Shown here: one piece after another, positions 1-6,795 of the stretch | Position numbering within the stretch: the stretch's first letter is position 1 | Layout: each line of letters starts with the position of its first letter | Source of the DNA: a virus | Lineage: Duplodnaviria; Caudoviricetes | IMG/VR virus record: IMGVR_UViG_3300020151_000179 | Coordinates: 1-40,085 of that record | DNA: 40,085 nt | Reading direction: 5' to 3' (one strand) | Notes under the pieces: generated by a model | The model's database searches: none | Told to the model about the DNA's origin: nothing | The model's input: the letters and a program-made list of their open reading frames with translations, nothing else | Position numbers and translations under genes: made by a program

Positions 1-48
1 AAAGAATGGCAGACTCCGACACACAGCTATTCGGTCGAAGGAAACTAA

Positions 49-228
49 ATGCCAAAAAAGAAACCTACATCATTGTCACCCATGCAGCTAGGCATGAAGG
101 CAATGCCGCCATGGTTCCTCCCGCCCACGCTGATTCCGCCAGACAAGAAGTACATCAAGCATATCGAACTGGGCATCAACACCAAGCTGATTGACGAACG
201 CGGCTTACCAAGGGTGCGGAAACTATGA
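49..228 (+). CDS. Hypothetical protein (59 aa, MPKKKPTSLS...RVRKL)
   Basis: Read manually, not in the ORF track. Its stop overlaps the next ATG (ATGA at 225-228), starting a coupled chain that runs into the polymerase gene. Confidence 0.55.
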   Translation: MPKKKPTSLSPMQLGMKAMPPWFLPPTLIPPDKKYIKHIELGINTKLIDERGLPRVRKL

Positions 229-362
229 AGAACGTAGTGCAGGGCGAGTGCCGCGTTTACACGGAGAAAGATTTCCTCATATGGAAAACGTGGATGTGGG
301 TTCAGGGAATCCTGACCGGCGCAGGAGTAGTCGTAGTGGGCATACTTACAGGAGCATGGTGA
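225..362 (+). CDS. Small putative membrane protein (45 aa, MKNVVQGECR...VVVVGILTGAW)
   Basis: Read manually. ATGA overlap upstream, TGATG overlap downstream, hydrophobic C-terminal segment. Confidence 0.55.
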   Translation: MKNVVQGECRVYTEKDFLIWKTWMWVQGILTGAGVVVVGILTGAW

Positions 363-526
363 TGAGCGACAAAGAACTGAAAGAAAGGAAACCCGGACTG
401 TGCGGATCGTGCCAGCTTAACGAAGGCGTAAAGCTGGTCGCCAAAGGCCGAGGCGGACGCATCAAAACGTGGCGCTGCCAAGGATGTTTAGATAGAAAAC
501 AACCTAGCTGGATCAACGGAAAATGA
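362..526 (+). CDS. Small Zn-ribbon protein (CxxC...CxxC)
   Basis: 3' part of ORF 191..526. GGAG precedes the ATG at 362; motifs CGSC and CQGC; ATGA overlap with the polymerase start. Confidence 0.6.
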   Translation: MSDKELKERKPGLCGSCQLNEGVKLVAKGRGGRIKTWRCQGCLDRKQPSWINGK

Positions 527-2373
527 GTACAACCCTTGTCACGCTGGACTTTGAGACGTACTACGACACCGAGTACTCTCTGTCTAAGATGCAGACGGAT
601 GCGTACATACTGGACCCGCGCTTTGAGGTCATCGGTGTAGGCATCAAGGTGGGTATGGAGCCCACGACGTGGGCTGCGGGTACGTCGGACCCTAGGCTAC
701 ACGACCGCGAGTGGTGGAAGGACAAGCAGGTGCTCTGTCACAACACGCTGTTTGACGGGTTCATACTGGCACAGAAGTTCGGCATACGCCCCGCACAGTG
801 GTCGGACACGCTGGGGATGGCACGGGCACTGCGCCCGTGGTTCGTGTCGCACAGTCTGGACGCGGTCGCTACTGCTGAGGTTTCCGGCCAGAAGGGCAAG
901 TACGTCCTTACGGCCAAGGGGAAGCGACTGGCGGACTTTACTCCACAGGAGTTGGCGGACTACGGCGTGTACTGTTGCAACGACGTGGCCCTGACCTACG
1001 ACATCTACCAGAAGTTGGAGCCCCAGTTTCCGTTGGTCGAGGCCGTGATACTGGACGCCACGATACGGATGTTCACCGAGCCCCAGTTCCGTCTGGACGT
1101 GGGTAAGATCACCGAGTACCGGCAGCGTATCGTGGACGAGAAGGAAGCCCTGCTGGTGACGGGTAAGGTGGGGAAAGACTCGATCATGTCGAATGCTATG
1201 TTCGCGGCTAGACTGGCAGCGCACGGGGTGCAAGCCCCCATGAAGATAAGCCGCGCTACAGGTAAGCGGACCTTCGCGTTTGCCAAGACCGACAAAGAGT
1301 TTACCGACCTCCTCAACCACCCCAACGTGGCGGTGCAGAACCTCATGGCCGCACGGCTGGGGGTCAAGACGACCATTGCGGAAACCCGGGCGCAGATGAT
1401 GCTCGACACCGGGCTGCGGGGCGTTGGGTTGCCCGTGTACCTCAACTACTGGGGTGCCAAGACCACGGGGCGCATGAGCGGTGGCAACAAGATCAACATG
1501 CAGAACATCCCCAGCCGGGGGGCGGACCGGGTGCTGCGCGAAGCCATGATCGCTCCGCCGGGGTACAAGGTGGTGGTTGGGGACTCGTCCAACATCGAGC
1601 TACGCACGAACATGGTGATGTCGGGGCAGACGGACATCGTGGACAAGATTCGCATGTACGACGCGCAAGGGGACGCAGCGGTGAGCGACGTGTACTGCGA
1701 CTTCGCGTCCATCGTGTTCGGTCGCACCGTCACCAAAGACGACAAGAAGGAGCGCACGGTTGGCAAGGTGTCTGAGTTGTCGCTCGGATACGGCGCGGGG
1801 TGGGAGGCGTTCCAGAACATGCTGCGGATACAGGGCAAGGTGGAGTTTAGCCAAGAGCAGTGCACGGAGATCATCGGGCTGTACCGGGAAACGCACGACA
1901 AAGTGGTCGCCCTGTGGCGGCACTGCGGGCGGCAGATTTTGCACAACATCAAGCGCGGAGACGTGCTACAGTCAGTAGATGTGAACGGCTGGTTTTTGAC
2001 CAATCACAGTGGCTTTTCGCACCCCGGGGATGTGGGGGTTGTGTACAAGGACCTCGGCAAGAACGCAGAAGGGGACTGGGAGTACACGCAGGGGCGCAAC
2101 CGCGTCAAGATATACGATGGCAAGGTGGTGGAGAATCTGTCCCAACACGCCGCGAGGCATATAGTTATGTGGCAACTGTGCAGAGTACATAGGAAGTACC
2201 CCGTGGCCTTGACGGTTCACGACGAGATCGTGTGCGTGGTGCGTGACGAACAAGCGCAAGCGTGTGCGGATTACATGCTGGAGTGCTTACGGCTGGCCCC
2301 CGCATGGTGCAGAGGGGTGATCCCGCTTAACGGGGAAGTTGGTATCGGGCAGTCTTACGGGGAGGCAAAGTGA
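523..2373 (+). CDS. polA: Phage family-A DNA polymerase with N-terminal 3'-5' exonuclease
   Basis: ExoI LDFETY, ExoII HNTLFD, ExoIII YCCND; TTGRMSG...NMQNIP; motif A GDSSNIELR, motif B KVSELSLGYG, motif C TVHDEIV. Confidence 0.96.
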   Translation: MSTTLVTLDFETYYDTEYSLSKMQTDAYILDPRFEVIGVGIKVGMEPTTWAAGTSDPRLHDREWWKDKQVLCHNTLFDGFILAQKFGIRPAQWSDTLGMARALRPWFVSHSLDAVATAEVSGQKGKYVLTAKGKRLADFTPQELADYGVYCCNDVALTYDIYQKLEPQFPLVEAVILDATIRMFTEPQFRLDVGKITEYRQRIVDEKEALLVTGKVGKDSIMSNAMFAARLAAHGVQAPMKISRATGKRTFAFAKTDKEFTDLLNHPNVAVQNLMAARLGVKTTIAETRAQMMLDTGLRGVGLPVYLNYWGAKTTGRMSGGNKINMQNIPSRGADRVLREAMIAPPGYKVVVGDSSNIELRTNMVMSGQTDIVDKIRMYDAQGDAAVSDVYCDFASIVFGRTVTKDDKKERTVGKVSELSLGYGAGWEAFQNMLRIQGKVEFSQEQCTEIIGLYRETHDKVVALWRHCGRQILHNIKRGDVLQSVDVNGWFLTNHSGFSHPGDVGVVYKDLGKNAEGDWEYTQGRNRVKIYDGKVVENLSQHAARHIVMWQLCRVHRKYPVALTVHDEIVCVVRDEQAQACADYMLECLRLAPAWCRGVIPLNGEVGIGQSYGEAK

Positions 2374-2537
2374 TAAACAACATGACGCCGGAAGAACTCA
2401 TCCATTACACACTGTGGAAACAGGACGCTACTCCACTGGAGTTGCAATTGGCCGTTGTACTGGGGATTGCTATGGACAGGATGAAAGCGATGGACGATGA
2501 CTTGGACACCATCGCTGCGGCACGGGGGATAGAGTGA
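2370..2537 (+). CDS. Hypothetical protein (55 aa, MINNMTPEEL...AARGIE)
   Basis: Read manually. It fills the gap exactly, with GTGA overlaps at both ends. Confidence 0.6.
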   Translation: MINNMTPEELIHYTLWKQDATPLELQLAVVLGIAMDRMKAMDDDLDTIAAARGIE

Positions 2538-3223
2538 TCGCCCTCTCATACTCACGCCTGTCGACGTTCGAGCAGTGCGGTACCAAGTTTGAGCACCTGT
2601 ACGTGCTGAAGGACGTGACGGACTCCGGTAGCGAAGCCACGGTGTACGGGACTAGGGTGCACGAGGCACTGGAGAATTACTCCAAAGCATCAGTGACCGG
2701 TGTGGCTATCGCGGAACAGGCGCTGAGCGACGGGGAGAAGTACCGGGAGATTGTCAAGTTCATCCCAGTGGCCAACGCCATCCTCGCGCAGCCGGGGGAG
2801 AAGTACTTCGAGCACCAGATGGCCATCAACGCCAGCCGTGAACAGTGCGACTGGTTTGCCCCCGAGGTGTGGCTTCGCGGTATAGCAGACGTGCTGATCG
2901 TGGACGGAGACACGGCGTTCATCGGTGACTGGAAGACGGGTAAGGTCCGTGATAACCCGCTACAGCTGAAGCTGTTCGCCTGTATGGTGATGGCAATGTT
3001 TCCGAAAGTGAACAAGGTAACCACCGCGTTCATCTGGCTCGTGTACGACGATGTGACCACCATGCGGTTTAACAGAGACGATCTTCCGGACCTGTGGGGT
3101 TCCCTCGACCCCCGTCTATCCGCAGTGCAGGACGCCGTCGACCTAGGCGTGTTCAAGAGCAAGCCCTCCCCCCTGTGCAACTGGTGCCCCGCCAAGGGTA
3201 TCTGCCCTGATAGGAGACGGTGA
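2534..3223 (+). CDS. Cas4/RecB-like PD-(D/E)XK exonuclease with Fe-S cluster cysteines
   Basis: SYSRLSTFEQC, GTRVHEALE, LRGIADV...GDWKTG, QLKLF, C-terminal CNWC...C. Confidence 0.9.
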   Translation: MIALSYSRLSTFEQCGTKFEHLYVLKDVTDSGSEATVYGTRVHEALENYSKASVTGVAIAEQALSDGEKYREIVKFIPVANAILAQPGEKYFEHQMAINASREQCDWFAPEVWLRGIADVLIVDGDTAFIGDWKTGKVRDNPLQLKLFACMVMAMFPKVNKVTTAFIWLVYDDVTTMRFNRDDLPDLWGSLDPRLSAVQDAVDLGVFKSKPSPLCNWCPAKGICPDRRR

Positions 3224-3429
3224 TGACCACATTCGACAAGTGCCACGTGTTTGGTTGTGAGGCCCTTGCCGTGGACATGGCGTGGTGCCCCGAAGCGCAG
3301 GTGTGTCTTCAGGTATGCGAAGCGCATGCATTCGACACGTTGCCAGAGGAAACGTGCATGGATATGGACCGGGCGGCGGTAGACCACGCGCAGAACCTCG
3401 CGCTGTACCACGGGTCGGTGAAGCAGTGA
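3220..3429 (+). CDS. Small Cys-rich hypothetical protein
   Basis: 69-aa ORF coupled by overlaps to both neighbours; several Cys/His residues. Confidence 0.55.
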   Translation: MMTTFDKCHVFGCEALAVDMAWCPEAQVCLQVCEAHAFDTLPEETCMDMDRAAVDHAQNLALYHGSVKQ

Positions 3430-3746
3430 AGAACGAGAAGGACGTCAAGAAGGCCGTAAAGGACATCATGAAACCGTACGTGGCCAAAGACCTCGTCTGG
3501 TTCTTTATGCCTGTGCCGACGGGGTTCGGGGTGATGGGTATCCCAGACTTCATGGGTGTGGCATTCCCGGGTCGGGCGTTTGCCATTGAGACAAAGTTTG
3601 GCAAGAACACGCTGAGTGACTGGCAGGCACGGCAGATCATCAATCTGCGTGCGGTTGGTACCAAGGTGTGGGTGGTCAACGACAGCAACCTATCGGGCTT
3701 TAGCGCCGAGTTCACAGAGTGGGTGGAGACTATATGCAGATCGTAG
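3426..3746 (+). CDS. VRR-NUC family nuclease (putative Holliday junction resolvase)
   Basis: Start taken as GTG 3426 (MKNEKDVKKAV). GIPDF...AIETKFGKNTLSDWQ is a typical VRR-NUC motif set. Confidence 0.85.
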   Translation: MKNEKDVKKAVKDIMKPYVAKDLVWFFMPVPTGFGVMGIPDFMGVAFPGRAFAIETKFGKNTLSDWQARQIINLRAVGTKVWVVNDSNLSGFSAEFTEWVETICRS

Positions 3747-5311
3747 AAGGACAACGTAAGCTGGTAATACGCACCGCCAAACACGACGAAATCGTCGAGG
3801 CCATACCCCACGCGAAGGTGTTTCATCTTGACGGGCAGACGCTGACCGCAGTACCGCACGGTGTGGAGGAATCGCTAGTACTGCGCAACATGGGGTTTCG
3901 CAAGGCCCCCGCGCCCATCCTGTCGTACTATCACTGGCCCGCTCGTGTGAAGGCGATGGAGCACCAGAAGCAGACCTCCGCGTTCATGACCACGAACCGC
4001 AGGATGCTGTGCCTCAACGCGCCCGGTACGGGCAAGTCGCTGTCGGCATTGTGGGGGGCAGACTTCCTCCTGCGCGAGAAGATCATCCGCAAGGTGCTGA
4101 TCGTGGCCCCCTTGAGCACGGTGAAGATCGTGTGGGGGAAGGAACTCAGGCACCACCTGCCGCACCGCAGCTTCGAGATACTGGTGGGGTCCAAGTCGCA
4201 GCGGCTGGCCAAGCTCCAGACACCGGGGGTCCAGTTCTTCATCGTCAACCACGATGGGTTCAACATCATCCGTGAACACCTTACTGACATAGACTTGGTG
4301 ATCTACGACGAAGCTACGGCGCTGAAGACCCCGGGGTCTCAGCGGTTCAGGGTATTCTTCAACTGGATGAACGAGCGCAACGCGTGGCTGTGGATGATGA
4401 CGGGTACCCCCATCTCACAGTCGCCGGTAGACGCATGGACGCTGGCTAGGCTGGTCAACAGCCCCACGGTTCCGCGAAGTTTCACGGCGTTCAGGGACCA
4501 CGTGATGAACAAGGTGTCGACATTCCGCTGGGTGCCGAGGCCCGATGCTATGGATACGTGCCAGAGAATTCTGCAGCCCTCCATCCGGTACGCGCTGGAG
4601 GAGTGCAAGGACCTGCCTGACACTGTGTTCCTCGACCATGAGTGCCCGTTGTCGCCCGAACAGGTACGAGCGTTCCGCGAGATGAAAGAACGGGCAGTCC
4701 TCCTGTCCCACGACGTGTCCGCACCGAACATGGCTGTCGTACTCACGAAGCTCCTGCAGATATGCTGCGGAGTTGTCTACGGGAACGACGGAGACCGAGT
4801 GAACCTCGACTTCACGGGGCGGTACGACACGCTGAAAGACGTCATGGAAGAAATCGGGGTAACGGGTACTTCCGCGAAGGGGGCCTCGGGCGAGAAGGTG
4901 ATCGTGTTCTCCCCGCTCCGGGGTGTGCAGGACAGGCTGTACGAGAAGCTGCAGGCAGACGGGTACGACGTGGCGACTGTGCACGGCGACGTCACAGGCA
5001 AGGACCGTGACAACATATTCAACGCGTTCCAGAACAGCAACGAGATCAAGGTGCTGCTGGCCCACCCGAAAGTTGCCGCGCACGGCTTGACACTGACCCG
5101 TGCAAAGGATATTATTTGGTACGCACCAATCTACAGTCTGGAGCAGTACGAACAAGCGAACGCACGAATCCGTAGGCTGAACACGGATGGCAAAACCCGA
5201 GTGCACCACATGTGGGGTACCTCGTTTGAGAAAGAGCTTTTCAGTAGGTTGCAGCAGAAGAAACGCGTGTTGAGTGAGTTTCTTGACTTGATACGCGGAG
5301 TGAATGAGTAG
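3734..5311 (+). CDS. SNF2-family (SF2) DNA helicase
   Basis: Walker A APGTGKS, Walker B IYDEAT, motif III MTGTP, HGLTLT, motif VI QANARIRR. GGAG precedes ATG 3734. Confidence 0.93.
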   Translation: MQIVEGQRKLVIRTAKHDEIVEAIPHAKVFHLDGQTLTAVPHGVEESLVLRNMGFRKAPAPILSYYHWPARVKAMEHQKQTSAFMTTNRRMLCLNAPGTGKSLSALWGADFLLREKIIRKVLIVAPLSTVKIVWGKELRHHLPHRSFEILVGSKSQRLAKLQTPGVQFFIVNHDGFNIIREHLTDIDLVIYDEATALKTPGSQRFRVFFNWMNERNAWLWMMTGTPISQSPVDAWTLARLVNSPTVPRSFTAFRDHVMNKVSTFRWVPRPDAMDTCQRILQPSIRYALEECKDLPDTVFLDHECPLSPEQVRAFREMKERAVLLSHDVSAPNMAVVLTKLLQICCGVVYGNDGDRVNLDFTGRYDTLKDVMEEIGVTGTSAKGASGEKVIVFSPLRGVQDRLYEKLQADGYDVATVHGDVTGKDRDNIFNAFQNSNEIKVLLAHPKVAAHGLTLTRAKDIIWYAPIYSLEQYEQANARIRRLNTDGKTRVHHMWGTSFEKELFSRLQQKKRVLSEFLDLIRGVNE

Positions 5312-5317
5312 TAGAAT
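5288..5317 (+). promoter_or_regulatory. Possible sigma70-type promoter (TTGATA-18 bp-TAGAAT)
   Basis: Near-consensus hexamers at the start of one of the few intergenic gaps in the replication arm. Confidence 0.3.
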
Positions 5318-5373
5318 ACGCAAGGCAATCCCCGGTTTAGCCGGAACGTGAAACCAGTGAACAGGAGCACACC

Positions 5374-5775
5374 ATGGACTACGAGTCTTTAATGACCCGG
5401 TATATGCAAGCCCGACGGAAAGTAGATTTGATCGAGGGTGAAGCCGCAACGGCCGCTGCCCAGAGCAAGGAAATAATGAAGATGTGCCTACAGGTGATGG
5501 AGGCCAAGGCATTGGAAGACGGGCTGAAGAACGTCCCCGTCAAAGGTATCGGCACGGGGTACTTCACGACGATTCTGTCGGCCACCGTGGCGAACCCGTC
5601 TGCGTTCAAGCAGTTCGTTAAAGAGAACGACGCATGGGATCTGATTGAGAATCGTGCGTCCAGTACGGCCGTCAAGAGCTACATCGAAGGCAACAACGCT
5701 CCCGTCCCGGGGGTTTCCTTCAGCCAGACCCAAGTATTTAAGATCAGGTCGGCTTCATCCACACGCAAGGAGTAA
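5374..5775 (+). CDS. Phage hypothetical protein (N-terminal coiled coil)
   Basis: AGGAG RBS; 133 aa; position between helicase and SSB-like gene is typical of such replication modules. Confidence 0.75.
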   Translation: MDYESLMTRYMQARRKVDLIEGEAATAAAQSKEIMKMCLQVMEAKALEDGLKNVPVKGIGTGYFTTILSATVANPSAFKQFVKENDAWDLIENRASSTAVKSYIEGNNAPVPGVSFSQTQVFKIRSASSTRKE

Positions 5776-5778
5776 CAC

Positions 5779-6684
5779 ATGAGCACTAACCTGCAAGTCC
5801 CAGCACACATCGCGGCCCGCGTAGCGGCTCGTGGTGGCACGAAGTCGGCGGTACAGGCAGCACTACTGTCGGAGGGGTTCTCGTTCCCGAAGATCAGCAT
5901 TCGCGCTTCGCGGTACCGTCTGGTGGAGGATAGCGTCGAGACCGTGGTGGGTACGACGTTGGACGTGGTGATCGTGGGGTCTAACCCCAAGGTGTCTAAA
6001 ATCTGGTACAGCAAAGCGTACGACGGAGCGGAGGCGGTGCGCCCCGACTGTTTCTCGTACGACGGGGTTACGCCGGACGCATCCGTGGAGAAGCCGTTTC
6101 ACTCCAACTGCGCTGCGTGTCCTAACAACGTGCTGGGCAGCAAGGTGACACCCAACGGGCAGAAGAGCAAAATCTGCGGCGACCAGCGGCATCTGGCGGT
6201 CGTACCTGCAGCGGACCCGACGAAGGTGTACGGCTTGACGGTGACGGTGTCCGCCATGAAAGGTCTGCGGGAGTACATCAAGGACTTGAGCAACTACGGG
6301 CTGATCCCGGAGGAGGTCATCACGGAGTTGGGGTTTGACGACCAAGCCAGTTTCCCGAAGGTCACGTTCAAGCAGAAGGACCCCGGTGGCTTTGTGCCGG
6401 AGAAGGCAATGTCGGCTATCGAGGACATCTGTAAGTCGCGGGAGGTGCTCACGGTTACCCGGCAGGACACGGCCCCCGCAGGGCCACGTCTCGCCCCACC
6501 GAAGACCGTTCAGACCCTAGGGCCCGCCCTGACTAACCCGGACGAGATGAACCCGGAACCTGCGCCTGTGAAGGTCAAGGCGAAGGCGAAGGACGTACCG
6601 AAGCCGGTCGAAGAGGACACCAGCCCGAAGTCCACCGTGAGCGCCATGGAGTCCAAACTCCACGCCTTGTTTGCGGATTCGTAA
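5779..6684 (+). CDS. Putative ssDNA-binding/annealing protein with Zn-binding cysteines
   Basis: AAGGAG RBS; beta-rich core with PDC...CAAC...C; Pro/Lys/Glu-rich flexible tail ending LFADS; replication-module context. Confidence 0.6.
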   Translation: MSTNLQVPAHIAARVAARGGTKSAVQAALLSEGFSFPKISIRASRYRLVEDSVETVVGTTLDVVIVGSNPKVSKIWYSKAYDGAEAVRPDCFSYDGVTPDASVEKPFHSNCAACPNNVLGSKVTPNGQKSKICGDQRHLAVVPAADPTKVYGLTVTVSAMKGLREYIKDLSNYGLIPEEVITELGFDDQASFPKVTFKQKDPGGFVPEKAMSAIEDICKSREVLTVTRQDTAPAGPRLAPPKTVQTLGPALTNPDEMNPEPAPVKVKAKAKDVPKPVEEDTSPKSTVSAMESKLHALFADS

Positions 6685-6703
6685 TGCAGTAACCTAGCTC
6701 TCC

Positions 6704-6785
6704 CCCTCCCAACTAGCCTTAGCGGGCGAACGCGCTTCCGTGAGCGTCGTTGGGAGGGTCTTTTCACGGAGCCGCGCACGGGAGG
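6704..6785 (+). promoter_or_regulatory. Structured leader (multi-stem hairpin / possible attenuator) upstream of the primase gene
   Basis: Perfect 10-bp stem CCCTCCCAAC (6704-6713)/GTTGGGAGGG (6749-6758) encloses two small hairpins and is followed by TCTTTT. The loop sequence TCCGTGA is complementary to TCACGGA (6764-6770). Confidence 0.6.
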
Positions 6786-6795
6786 CGTACAAGGT

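Noticed and set aside
6-361. Track ORF 6..194 and the 5' part of 191..526
   Set aside because: Alternative frames (49..228, 225..362, 362..526) give a cleaner coupled chain with better starts.
4307-4318. DEAT instead of DEAH in helicase motif II as a sign of inactivation
   Set aside because: The catalytic DE pair and the other motifs are intact, and variation at this position is tolerated in phage SNF2-like helicases.
6704-6760. Hammerhead ribozyme-like three-stem layout (GAA...GUC)
   Set aside because: The CUGANGA core and full GAAA are absent. Retained only as an unassigned structured leader.
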